A stretch of DNA of 64,000 nt, from assembly GCA_963778115.1 (NCBI GenBank), contig CAVZSV010000004.1, forward strand, positions 2,528,001 to 2,592,000, in the 5' to 3' direction. This document shows, piece after piece, positions 40,519-50,545 of the stretch (the first letter of the stretch is position 1; every line of letters begins with the position of its first letter). A program made the position numbers and the translations under genes. The notes under the pieces were generated by a model. The model ran no database searches, was not told where the DNA came from, and saw only the letters and a program-made list of their open reading frames with translations. Origin of the DNA: an uncultured delta proteobacterium (GTDB lineage Bacteria > Bdellovibrionota > FAC87 > UBA2466).

Positions 40519-41661
40519 TCACCACAAGTCCCGTCTATGGCCTTCCTTCAATAGGAACTGGGCCTCTGCCTTTGCTCCTGAAGGAGAGAGATGGCAACAA
40601 TCATCAAGATACTTTTCCTGTCTGCCGATTTCGTCAAAATGTTTGAGAATATCGAAAAAATATACCCCCTTATTAGCTTCGGCGAATTTACGGAGTACTT
40701 CGTTAAATCGACGAATGAGAAATAGATGCCTTGCATAAAAGACGGAGCCTTCTATTTCCTCTTCGCGAAAAGTAGGATTAATGGGCAATAGGATTAGAGG
40801 GATCTTTCCCTTGAGATTTTTTTTAAAAAACTCATTAAGTACAGCGGTGTTCTCGGAGTCGAAATATTGAAGCGCATCTTGATCATCCAGTTTAAGTGCG
40901 GTCATAGGATGCCTAGCGGAAAGAGTATAAAAAGTATCGAGGAGAGTTGATCCTATCGCAGAGTACTTTGCCCAAGGACGGATACGCGAATACCATTTTA
41001 TGGCAAAGCGAAAATTACTCTGGTTGGTCCAATTGTAGTGCCGATTCCAACTCCTTCCAAATTCGTCGAATTGATCCACGGGGTCATAAACTTGGATGAT
41101 AACGACGGATATGGGGAATTTGTTTGCTACTTCTATTTCGTATCGGCGAACGGCCTGAAAAAGAGAATATGACGGAATTGCCGCATTAATGACTCCAGGA
41201 GCATTCGGCCCTTTCTCTTTTCTCAGGGAGTCGAAAAAAAAGGAGGGCACATTATTCTCGCCTGGCATCCCCCAACCAAAAGGGACGGAATCTCCCAGAA
41301 AAACTATATTGCCCTTATCTTTGAAATAGAGATTCGTTCCCGAACGAAAACCATTCTTATCTGTTTGAATGGACCACCGTTGGTTTCGATACCTATAGTC
41401 AATTTCTGGCTTCTTGAAGCTTTCCGGGATTATGGAATCAAATTCATTCTTGTAATTAGCTCTATTGGTAACGATCCTGTCATCGTTTACTGTTCTGCAG
41501 AAATCTCGAACCTGAAAGTTGAGAACCCTTCCGCCGACTTGCCAAGAAAATTGACCTTCAAATAGCTTGTAGAATCCTTGGCCGACGACTTCGACAAAGA
41601 ACAACGAAAAAACAAAAATCAGGCCTCCATAGATAACCCCAGGCGCTCTCGATTCAGCCAA
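40519..41661 (-). CDS. SGNH/GDSL hydrolase family protein
   Basis: FLGDSVPFG block I, INAAIPSY, DCCH (DxxH); N-terminal TM. Confidence 0.85.
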   Translation of the reverse strand: MAESRAPGVIYGGLIFVFSLFFVEVVGQGFYKLFEGQFSWQVGGRVLNFQVRDFCRTVNDDRIVTNRANYKNEFDSIIPESFKKPEIDYRYRNQRWSIQTDKNGFRSGTNLYFKDKGNIVFLGDSVPFGWGMPGENNVPSFFFDSLRKEKGPNAPGVINAAIPSYSLFQAVRRYEIEVANKFPISVVIIQVYDPVDQFDEFGRSWNRHYNWTNQSNFRFAIKWYSRIRPWAKYSAIGSTLLDTFYTLSARHPMTALKLDDQDALQYFDSENTAVLNEFFKKNLKGKIPLILLPINPTFREEEIEGSVFYARHLFLIRRFNEVLRKFAEANKGVYFFDILKHFDEIGRQEKYLDDCCHLSPSGAKAEAQFLLKEGHRRDLW

Positions 41662-41840
41662 AATTTTCTATAAAAATCTAAGTGCTCGGGACCAGAATCG
41701 GACATTTTCAATTCAGTTCGATTCAGCCAAAATTTTCTATAAAAATCTAAGTGCTCGGGACCAGAATCGGACATTTTCAATTCAGTTCGATTCAGCCAAA
41801 TTTTCTATAAAAATCTAAGTGCTCGCGGCCAGAATCGAAC
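41649..41840 (-). repeat. 69-bp tandem repeat downstream of tRNA-Leu(TAA), containing degenerate tRNA 3' ends
   Basis: Units at 41650, 41719 and 41788; TGCTCGGGACCAGAATCG vs tRNA TGCTCGCGGCCAGAATCG. Confidence 0.92.
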
Positions 41841-41903
41841 TGGCATGGCCTTACGACCGAGGGATTTTAAGTCCCTTGCGTCTACCAATTCCGCCACGCG
41901 AGC
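41820..41903 (-). tRNA. tRNA-Leu (TAA)
   Basis: minus strand GCTCGCG...GGAATTGGTAGACGC-AAGGGA-CT-TAA-AA-TCCCT...CCAGTTCGATTCTGG-CCGCGAGC-A. Confidence 0.96.
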
Positions 41904-42123
41904 TTAGAGACGATTATCTGCCTACATCGGGACTTAAGTAGCCAGAATCGTGCTAACAAGCCGCCTAAGATACACCGGCCTCAGGCCCGGGAAAACCAAT
42001 TTCTGGCGCCTCTCCACTAACGGGTTACTGCGGGCCGGCTTGCTGTAAAGTTGTTTAAATTTAATATCTTAAAAGTTAAAGCCCATCCAAAAGCAGTTTA
42101 GTTTATTGCGTTGCGTTATAGAT

Positions 42124-43032
42124 TCAGGACACCGAACTCTTTCGATTCACGCTAAGAGAGACACCCGCAATCACGATTAGTCCGCCTGCAATTTGAAGAA
42201 GCACTACACGCTCGCTCAGTACGAGCATGGAAAATACGACTCCAAACACCGGTACCAGATTCAACAGGCTAACGGCCGAACCGGAATCCAACCGACGAAG
42301 CCCGTAGGTATAGAGCAAGAGTGCCACCACGGAACAGAAAATTCCTAGATAGAGAATGCTCAATTCAGCTGAAAGTGTCACTTGGGACCATTGCCAGTGA
42401 CTCGACTCAAGCAAAGTAAAAGGATACAGGGTGACAGTCCCCACCAAAGTCTGGATGAAGTTGGTGGTCATTAATGGATATTTGGCTACCACCGTACGGG
42501 TAACAAAGTTATAAAACGCCCAGCTGATCCCCGTAAGCAAAAATAGGATATCTCCAATAAACCGGCGATAGCCGAAAACCTCCATGTCGGCTCCCACGAT
42601 GAGGCAGACTCCAACGATAGCTAAGAGCGCTCCCGATAATCGGAGCCAAGAAAGTCGCAAACGAAAGATTACGGCCTCTAGAAGCATCGTGATGACTGGA
42701 AAAGAGGCCACCAGAAGCGCTCCATCGGCGGCGGAAGCGAGATTGAGCCCCATGTTTTCTAGGGTGAAGTAAATACTAATGCCCAGTAGGCCCCCAGCCG
42801 CCAAACGCCAAAGATCTTTCACAGGAGGGAGGACAAACTCTTTCCTCAGTAAAACGATTAGACCCAGAAGCAACGTTGCCAATGTCAGACGAATGGCTCC
42901 TAAGGTAATCGGGGGAAAAGAACCCAGCGCGATTTTAGTCGCCACGAACGAGGTGCTCCAAAAGAGTGCGGCTCCTAATATTGCGAAGAGGGCTTGAGCC
43001 CAACTGGGATGCTTCATCTTAGGGGAAGGCAT
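42124..43032 (-). CDS. DMT/EamA family transporter
   Basis: 10 TM, two EamA halves, LNLVPVF...LSER. Confidence 0.92.
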   Translation of the reverse strand: MPSPKMKHPSWAQALFAILGAALFWSTSFVATKIALGSFPPITLGAIRLTLATLLLGLIVLLRKEFVLPPVKDLWRLAAGGLLGISIYFTLENMGLNLASAADGALLVASFPVITMLLEAVIFRLRLSWLRLSGALLAIVGVCLIVGADMEVFGYRRFIGDILFLLTGISWAFYNFVTRTVVAKYPLMTTNFIQTLVGTVTLYPFTLLESSHWQWSQVTLSAELSILYLGIFCSVVALLLYTYGLRRLDSGSAVSLLNLVPVFGVVFSMLVLSERVVLLQIAGGLIVIAGVSLSVNRKSSVS

Positions 43033-43143
43033 ACCATAGCAGCGCTTTAGTTTTCGCCACAAATCGCTGATGTAACGCGTGGTATCATCTTACGGGTAAG
43101 CTCGTGAAAAGAGTTCTTGGTATAATGCCTGTGGAGGAAAACG

Positions 43144-44255
43144 ATGGCTCATCGACTTCTGTGTTTCATCTGCTTGGTTTTGTCAGCCTCTTTATTCGCG
43201 GGCCCTTTAGGTTCACACCAGAACCGGGAGGACGTAGACGAAAACGGAGTTTTCACACGATGTGCCATCGATGTGGGATCGGGAACGACAAGAATCAAAG
43301 TTGCCAAAGTAAACGCAGCGGAAGAAAAAGTGGTTGAAATTCTATTTCAAGACGAAAGAAAAGTTCCGTATCAGGCAAGCATTAACAGCCAGGGGCTACT
43401 TCCCAGTGACATTCTTAAGAAAGGCGCTATTGCCATTCACTTGCTTCTGGAAAGAGCGCAGGAAAAGGTCACCGGACCTAGAGAACTTGCTTCTTCCGCT
43501 GCTTTGAAGTGTAGAGCCATTGCGGGAGCTCCTTTCGAAGATATTCAAAATGCCCGTCAGGCCATCAATTATCTTTCAGAACACTCTGGAGTTCAGATTA
43601 CGGTCATTAGCCAAGAAGAGCAGGCAAAGATGGGACTCTTAGCAGCCTTGGCAGTGGCACCAGCACGATTTCAAAAACCAATCTCTCCCTTGGACATGGC
43701 CGTGTGGGATATTGGGGGGGCGACTATGGATCTACCCTTCTGCGACCCGGAGTTCCTACGGGGAGCAACGACCGTTTTATTATTCATACGAGTCATCTAG
43801 GCTCTGAGCTTTTAAAACAATATATTATTGAACACATTCAAAAGAAGCCAGCGGGGACTAAGAGCCCCAATCCCATTACACAATCGGATTTAACGTCTGC
43901 CATGCAATACATTCGATCTCAGGTTGCCGAAATTACTCCCGACATTCGTTCCCGATTACAAGCTCCGGGAGTTCAGGTTTTGGGAATTGGTCCGGTTCAC
44001 AGTAAAAGTTTGTTAGGTCAGACCAATACCTTCGAAGCAACGCCTCTAACGCAAGAACGGTTGCGCGCGACACTTCAAGAACGTATTGGGTGGACAGATC
44101 AAAAAATTGGCGGAGCCTATGCGGATACCCAGATATCAAATCTGATTCTGGTCCTTGGTTTCATGGAACAACTGCACATTCCTGAAGTCACCACCTTGAG
44201 TATAGATCTCAACGATGGACTTTTAGTTAGTCCTCGTTTTTGGGCTAAAGGATAA
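43144..44255 (+). pseudogene. Ppx/GppA-like (ASKHA) phosphatase with signal peptide, apparent frameshift at ~43715-43735
   Basis: IDVGSGTT, ISQEEQA and WDIGG motifs in ORF1; the C-terminal half continues in ORF 43704-44255. Confidence 0.8.
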
Positions 44256-44321
44256 TCGTCCCTCTGGTTGACTATTGTTTCCCAGCCCGCTATCGCCATT
44301 ACGAGGGCGGAAGGTCGGCAC

Positions 44322-45881
44322 ATGCGTCTCCAATGGGTTACTATAAGTATCGTAACGGCCCTTGCATTTAGGGGAGGTGCCATACCACCCGCCTTCTCGG
44401 AAACGTTCGAAAGTTGTAAATCTCTTCCCCACGAAACACCGGCTGCCGCCCAAGAAAGACTCACCACTCAAATATTAGTCGACGTTCTTAAGTACGCTCG
44501 CGAACACGCCCATCCCGTTACCGGCTTCGTGCTCGATACGGTGAATAATTACGATTCAACCCCTCACGAACCCCATTTAAGAGCCAGCATTTCATCGACA
44601 GGATTTATGATGGCGCTGGTCTCCAATCTCTATTTGAAGGGAATAGTCGTCGATAAGCAGGAAGCGATTGCCTATTGCAGGCGACCCATCAAAGCGATCC
44701 TCGATAGAGAGGCTCAAGACGCCATTCAAGCGAAGAAGCGACGACAAACGGGAAGCTCCGATCCTCAGACCGACATCAGTTACCGGGGATGGTGGTCCCA
44801 TTTTATAGAGTGGTCGACCGGCACTCGTTGGGAAAATAGTGAGTACGCACTGACCGACAGCACTTGGATGTTAGCCGGAATGTTAGTCTGTGCCGCTACT
44901 TTTCCCGATACGGATCTGCCGCAACTCGTAAATTCCGTCTATTCCCAAGTCAATTACAATGACATGAGAACCGACGGCGGTACTAAACCTAGTAAACTAA
45001 CGCTCTCTTTGGCGTACACTCCTGAGCCCTCTGTCATTCCCCAAGGGAAGACCGCAGACGACTACGGTTACTCTCCCTTTCAGTGGGAAATTTATCAACA
45101 TAGCTGGCTCGTCTATCTACTGGGAATCGGAAGCCCGAATTTGGATTATCGTTTACCAAAAGAATCCTGGTCGGCATGGAAACGGACAGGAGCGGTTATG
45201 ACCGTGTCTGATTCCAGGTTGGAAGGGAAATTTCTCTATGGTGCGCAACGAGCACTTTTCAGCCATTTTTTTCCAGCGGTGTTCATGCCCCCACAAGAGA
45301 TCAAAGAGGCTTGTCACATCGATTACTTTGAAAACTCTAGATTGGCGACGCGATTCAATCGAGCCAGCGCCCTTAGTGACACGACTTCCGAAACTTTCCG
45401 ACACGGGTTCTGGGGATTGGACGCTGGCCCCAATCCTAATAGCAAAGTTCTCTCTTTGGTCGCTCCCGGAACCCTGAACGTAGGTTCGCTTCAAAGTGAA
45501 ATTTACGGTGTGAATACTCCGTACAAACGAAACGGGAATGCTTGTTTAGCATGTGCGGTTGCGGCAGCGATGTTTGAGCCAGAGCTGGTTTTGCGCTCGC
45601 TTCAACAATGGTGCGATGACCCGATTTACGGGAGTAAGATTTGGGGAAAGTACGGGCCTGCTAATGGTATCGATCTGGACTACGGATGGATTTCCCCTCA
45701 CGCGCTATCAGGAATTGTTGGCCCTATGGCCTTGTCCGTCGCGAATTTAGATTCCCAGACATCCATCTGGAAACAGTTCGCCTCGAACGCTTCGGTGAAG
45801 TTCGCGTTAGCGCAATTAGCAAGTGCCCCTCTTCCGACGGCTGTGGCGGGACAAGATCGCTGTCACCTGTCGGAGAAATAA
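44322..45881 (+). CDS. secreted glycoamylase-like protein (GH144/beta-1,2-glucanase-related)
   Basis: ASISSTGF, GWWSHF...TG, S..D..W..AG, WGL, WGKYG pattern; some catalytic-region motifs are divergent. Confidence 0.7.
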   Translation: MRLQWVTISIVTALAFRGGAIPPAFSETFESCKSLPHETPAAAQERLTTQILVDVLKYAREHAHPVTGFVLDTVNNYDSTPHEPHLRASISSTGFMMALVSNLYLKGIVVDKQEAIAYCRRPIKAILDREAQDAIQAKKRRQTGSSDPQTDISYRGWWSHFIEWSTGTRWENSEYALTDSTWMLAGMLVCAATFPDTDLPQLVNSVYSQVNYNDMRTDGGTKPSKLTLSLAYTPEPSVIPQGKTADDYGYSPFQWEIYQHSWLVYLLGIGSPNLDYRLPKESWSAWKRTGAVMTVSDSRLEGKFLYGAQRALFSHFFPAVFMPPQEIKEACHIDYFENSRLATRFNRASALSDTTSETFRHGFWGLDAGPNPNSKVLSLVAPGTLNVGSLQSEIYGVNTPYKRNGNACLACAVAAAMFEPELVLRSLQQWCDDPIYGSKIWGKYGPANGIDLDYGWISPHALSGIVGPMALSVANLDSQTSIWKQFASNASVKFALAQLASAPLPTAVAGQDRCHLSEK

Positions 45882-45936
45882 GGGGCCCCTCATGCTGTCA
45901 TTGCAGGCACCCCAAGGCCGGCGTGGCAACCGTAAA

Positions 45937-46897
45937 TCAATGGGCTGAACGATCCTTTTTCGGTTGGCCCATTGAAACCGGCTGAACCGGTTCGGCGCCG
46001 CTCAGGGCAACGTTGCCTTCGAAACTATCTAAATCGAGGTGATACTTTCCGTTGGCTCTAAGGAAAATTTCTCTGGATTGAGTGACTTCATTTCCCTGGC
46101 CGTCTTTATATTCAATGCGAAAAGTACAGGGATATTGCTTTCCCGCCTTCATTGGCTTTGTCACAAACTTGCGGACTTCGCCCTTAGTACTGACCAATTT
46201 GTCGTTCACGTAAATGCGAGCTTCGTTGGGGACGTCGAATCTGAATGGCTCCGGGACCATCCTCAGGAGACTTTGCCGGTGTGGGTATCGGCGGGGTCGG
46301 AGTTGAAGGAACTGGCTTTGGAGCGGAAGGGGCTTGGGCGACTTGATAACTAAAATCGCGCGCCGAAATCATTACCTCCTCACCCGTCCAGATACTTACC
46401 GTTTTGGTTCCGGTAGCAATCGCGTTGTCCTTGGTGGGGTACTTAAGCACGAAAGACATGTCGTATTCCCCGTACGGAAGGGGAGCTGTCACAAATTTCC
46501 TATACTTCGGAGCGGGCCCTTTGATCGAAACATCTTTTCCCACAGCGATTAGCGTAGCGCCCGTGGGAACATCGCTGAGATAGATGGTTAAGCGGGCCTT
46601 GGGAGGCGGGGCGTTCGTTCCGCTACAGCTATCATCGGTGGTAAAGAAAGTACCCGATCCGCAGTCAGACGACGAGACCATCGTGCGCGTGTTTCCTGAG
46701 GAACCGCAAGAATCAGAAGCATCACTCCAGCCGCTAGGCCCGGGGGCGTTCCGGGCAGGACCAAAAAAACGGCCTCCAAAAAATCCGCCGCCTCCACCAC
46801 CGCCTCCTCCGCACTCGGCAAGGGCAGTGCCGGAAAAAACGGCAAAGGAACCAAGGACGAACACCGACTTCATTAGATGACTTTTGGGGCTAGCCAC
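45937..46897 (-). pseudogene. secreted protein with two TIGR03000-like domains, apparent frameshift at ~46238
   Basis: Two VP..A.....G...RKFVT.P(L/M)..G..Y modules; removing one base gives GAIQIDVPNEARIYVND. Confidence 0.75.
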
Positions 46898-47081
46898 GGA
46901 AGGCCTCCTTAGGCATTAGGGTCTTTTCTGACGATTCTTTCGATTAGTCCCTACCTAAGATTCCAGTCAACCATTCAAGGTTGAGGAAAGGCCCGAAATT
47001 CACAGAAGATAATGAAAATCAAAAAAGCTTCTCTCCTCAATGAATGATTTCAAGGGCTTGTCTCTCTATTGTCATTTTAGG

Positions 47082-47136
47082 ATTCACAGCAGTGAATAAA
47101 AGTCCCCGTTTTTGATTGATTATAGTCCCCGTTTTT
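47082..47136. promoter_or_regulatory. palindrome plus direct repeat upstream of the TIGR02147 gene
   Basis: ATTCAC-AGCA-GTGAAT (47082-47097); AGTCCCCGTTTTT at 47101 and 47124. Confidence 0.55.
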
Positions 47137-47181
47137 TGGTAACAAGGCGCCTACGCAAAAGATCAAAGTTGGTATTTCGCT

Positions 47182-48012
47182 ATGGTGGCACCTGCGGAAA
47201 TTCTAAGTTGTTCCGATACCAAAGATGCTCTAAGGACGATGCTGCGTCGGCTGAAGCTATCGGGAAAACGTGGCCTTAAAGATCTAGCTGAAATGGCGGG
47301 ACTCAGATCTCCGGCTTCGATGAGCATGATTTTGAGAGGGCAGCGCCGCCTGTCGATCGAATCCGCGGGACGTCTTGCGCAATCGCTTCATCTAGATCGA
47401 AGAACTTCTCGTTACCTCACTTTACTGACCAAGAAAGATCTCCTCGAACGTCCCAATGAAAAGCTCGAAGTAGAAGAGCAGCTTCTTTACCTAAGAAGTC
47501 GTAGTGAATCGCATGCGCTGGAACTGAGCCAGTATCGTTTTCTTTCGATATGGTATTACCCGGCGATCTACGCGATGGCGGCTACTGGCCGGTTAGCGTG
47601 TGACGCGCAGAAAATTAGCCAAAAACTAGGTAGGGGAGTCACTCCGGCGAACGTGAAGTCGGGAATTGGCGATCTTATTAATCTGGGGCTTCTGAAGCTC
47701 GAGGGAAATACGCTGATTCAAACTCACGGGGCTATCAAAACGAGTGATAGGAACCGAAGTCTAGCGGTACGACGCTACCATCAAGAGATGATTAGGCTTG
47801 CTTCGGAATCGGTAGCGCTTCCCTCTGAAAAAAGAGAGTTAAGTGGGCTTACCGTCCTCGTTCCTTCTGAAAAATTGGCTCATATTAAGAAACGAATTTG
47901 CGAGTTTCGCGACGAACTGAACGAGCTTTTAACAGGCGCTACCGAGGGCGAAGTCCACCAGATTAATATCCAACTCTTTCCTCTGACCGAAGATAGGGAG
48001 AATAACCAATGA
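47182..48012 (+). CDS. TIGR02147 family (HTH + DUF4423-like) protein
   Basis: AGLRSPA.MSMILRGQRRLS HTH; WYYPAI; YH..MI.LA; RELSGLT; QINIQLFPLT. Confidence 0.9.
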   Translation: MVAPAEILSCSDTKDALRTMLRRLKLSGKRGLKDLAEMAGLRSPASMSMILRGQRRLSIESAGRLAQSLHLDRRTSRYLTLLTKKDLLERPNEKLEVEEQLLYLRSRSESHALELSQYRFLSIWYYPAIYAMAATGRLACDAQKISQKLGRGVTPANVKSGIGDLINLGLLKLEGNTLIQTHGAIKTSDRNRSLAVRRYHQEMIRLASESVALPSEKRELSGLTVLVPSEKLAHIKKRICEFRDELNELLTGATEGEVHQINIQLFPLTEDRENNQ

Positions 48013-49913
48013 AAAACATATTATTCGGCCTCTTTTTGTCTCTTCTTATCTTTGCGACAGCAGCATGTTCTAATCACGGTGCGGTGAACAGTTCGGGGGG
48101 AGGCGTCAGTGTCGGCAATGGCGCTAAGCCAAGTGGGGAATATAGCTATACGACCTACTATTCACCGAAATACGAATTCGGGTTCAAATATGCTTCTATC
48201 CTATCCGTGACCCGAGTCTCTGAAGAGAAGGTCCGGATCGATAATCGAAATTTCGTTGATAAGGGCACTCCAGTTTCCGAACTAGAGATCGATATCGTCG
48301 ATTTGACCAAGCCAAAAAAACATATCAAGAATCTAAAAGAGCTTTTGATTTATGCACAGGAAACTCACCGGTCGGAGGGGTTGGAATTTGCCCCTGTCGA
48401 AAGCCCGGTTCCGGGGGCGGAGGGTGTCGTTGCCAGTAGGTATGGAGCTAATCTCTCTCCGGGCATTCACCAGATTTATTACTTTTTGACTACGAATCAT
48501 ACTTTAGTTCGACTGAACCTCGAAGCTCCTAGCTCTAGCCCTGGGTGGGAAGAGGTGGTGAAAGTAGTAAAAAGTTTTACTTACGATGGGACGCCTCCCA
48601 CAGTGACCCATTTGAAGATCGGAAGTCGACTGCACCTTCCAGGGGGAAGCATCACTCTTGAGATTAGGGCGAAAGATGACTTCTCTGGACTCGTTGGCGG
48701 TAAAGTCAAAGGGCTGTGGTTTGGTAAGTTTAAGAATTCTACTGGTATGATCTCCGCGGAGATTCCAATCACGAAAAAGAATTATAGCGTGAAAAAGGGT
48801 CTCCTTACTGTCGACTTCCCTATTCCTGAATGGGTTTGTCAGGGGTTTTATTTTTTGGGAAATTTTACGGTAGAAGACGCCGCTGGAAACGGAGATGTTC
48901 TTAGTCCTACTTTTCCCGGCGATAACGTTAGCAAATGGGATATCTTAAATCGAGTGCCATACTACACTTTGCCCAAGGCCTATCACTCTGACGAGACCTA
49001 TCGACTCTGGGCTCCCACGGTGAGTGTCATAAACTGGGGTGAGGAAGATAGGTTTCCTCCGGTGGTAAGCCAACTGAAACCGGAGAACGATCACATTACG
49101 GTTCCTACCAATGGCGACGACGGAACTCTCACCGTTATTCTTGAAGCCAAGGACGATGTTTCTGGGGTTATTGGCGGAGAAGTTACGATCACGATGCATC
49201 CGTTAGAGGAAAAATATAAAGATTTCTATATTCCGATGACTAAGGTTGTGCGAAAGAGCGATCAGACTGGAAAGGACACTTATAAAGTCTCTTTCAGGTT
49301 CTCCCCAAATGTTCCCGCGGGACGATATACGACTGAGATGATAACCGTTATCGATCGTGCTTCGTACTTTCCCGATTTAATGCAAAAGGTACTTTACATC
49401 TTATTGTTCGAAAAGAACCCGGAACTGAACGGTAAGTTCCGGTTTGAAGTAGATATCGATAATGCCAATCCGGTCGACGTTTCTCCTCCTGAGATAAAGA
49501 ACATTTGGTTTACCGATGAAAAGGTTTCGGTGGGGAGTATGACCACGCTGAATGTCCGGTTTAACGATCTTAGTGGGCTAGAACAGGGCCATCTTTCGGC
49601 AACCTTTTACCCCCGTGAACAGGAAAAAGACTATGCTGGAAGAATTGCGGTTGATCTCGATCTGGCGGCTCACCATCTGGTGGAAGATGATTTGCTTCGA
49701 GTTCCTCTCACGATTCCCCCCTTCCTTAAAAAGGGAAATTACGTTCTTGAACACTTCGAACTTACCGATAGAACGCACAATGGTATTTCTCTCCACGGTA
49801 GAGGCGAAGATAAGAAGGTCCTTCTGGAGCGACTCGCCACGTGGAAAGCAAAAGATGGGTATCAGACTTACCAAAATTCGATTGCTCCATTGGAAATAGA
49901 AGTAGTTCCCTAG
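48009..49913 (+). CDS. lipoprotein with three Ig-like D-x-x-PP...DDxSG repeats
   Basis: Lipobox TAAC, GGVSVGNG; repeats DGTPP/DRFPP/DVSPP...SG; ATGA overlap with the TIGR02147 gene. Confidence 0.8.
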   Translation: MKNILFGLFLSLLIFATAACSNHGAVNSSGGGVSVGNGAKPSGEYSYTTYYSPKYEFGFKYASILSVTRVSEEKVRIDNRNFVDKGTPVSELEIDIVDLTKPKKHIKNLKELLIYAQETHRSEGLEFAPVESPVPGAEGVVASRYGANLSPGIHQIYYFLTTNHTLVRLNLEAPSSSPGWEEVVKVVKSFTYDGTPPTVTHLKIGSRLHLPGGSITLEIRAKDDFSGLVGGKVKGLWFGKFKNSTGMISAEIPITKKNYSVKKGLLTVDFPIPEWVCQGFYFLGNFTVEDAAGNGDVLSPTFPGDNVSKWDILNRVPYYTLPKAYHSDETYRLWAPTVSVINWGEEDRFPPVVSQLKPENDHITVPTNGDDGTLTVILEAKDDVSGVIGGEVTITMHPLEEKYKDFYIPMTKVVRKSDQTGKDTYKVSFRFSPNVPAGRYTTEMITVIDRASYFPDLMQKVLYILLFEKNPELNGKFRFEVDIDNANPVDVSPPEIKNIWFTDEKVSVGSMTTLNVRFNDLSGLEQGHLSATFYPREQEKDYAGRIAVDLDLAAHHLVEDDLLRVPLTIPPFLKKGNYVLEHFELTDRTHNGISLHGRGEDKKVLLERLATWKAKDGYQTYQNSIAPLEIEVVP

Positions 49914-49915
49914 CT

Positions 49916-49937
49916 TGATTTCACAGGTGTGAAATCA
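49916..49937. promoter_or_regulatory. palindrome matching the 47082 site
   Basis: TGATTTCAC-AGGT-GTGAAATCA, no U-tract. Confidence 0.5.
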
Positions 49938-50011
49938 GGGGCAATTTTCTGGACCACATTCAAGCCCCGATTGGTAAACACTCCCTAGCTCAAAGAACTA
50001 TGGAGGTGAAT

Positions 50012-50500
50012 ATGAGAGCGAATTTTTGGAGCGGAAGTTGTGTTGTAGGAGCCATGTTAGTTTGTCTCGCAGCCGGATGCGGCAGGGGCAGTAACGACAT
50101 CGATAAAGCAAAGCTTGTGGGAACTTGGGAGCGTACTAGCCTTAGCGGCGAGTACGAGGGCAAACAGGTTCCGGTTCGAGACAGCGACTACGGTCCTATT
50201 GTTTTTCGGATTACCGATTCCACCATCAAACGCGTCAAGTTCGAAGGGGTTTCGCTCGATGGCATCTGCTTTACGGAACAGGCCTATACGCTACAGGGGA
50301 ATGAAATCCACGCTCAACAGACGCAATCGAGTGATCAAGTATGCCAGGAATTTACTTTCGTGGTCTCAGACCTTTCGGATACGACGGCGACCATTCGAGC
50401 TCCTCAAGGCGGAGGAAATCTAGTGATGGGGTTTAGTAAAATTGATGAATCTCGAATTCGGGCTTTAGGCAAAAAGTGGAAAGCTAGATCGATAAAATAG
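50012..50500 (+). CDS. lipocalin-like lipoprotein
   Basis: GGAGGTG RBS, lipobox AAGC, LVGTW motif. Confidence 0.7.
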   Translation: MRANFWSGSCVVGAMLVCLAAGCGRGSNDIDKAKLVGTWERTSLSGEYEGKQVPVRDSDYGPIVFRITDSTIKRVKFEGVSLDGICFTEQAYTLQGNEIHAQQTQSSDQVCQEFTFVVSDLSDTTATIRAPQGGGNLVMGFSKIDESRIRALGKKWKARSIK

Positions 50501-50545
50501 GGGCTTTGCAGCTGTCAGCGGAAATGTTCTTTGCTGTTGTTTCGC

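Noticed and set aside
41649..41840. CRISPR array or prophage attachment site with an element
   Set aside because: The units are identical tandem copies with no unique spacers, and no integrase or phage genes are nearby.
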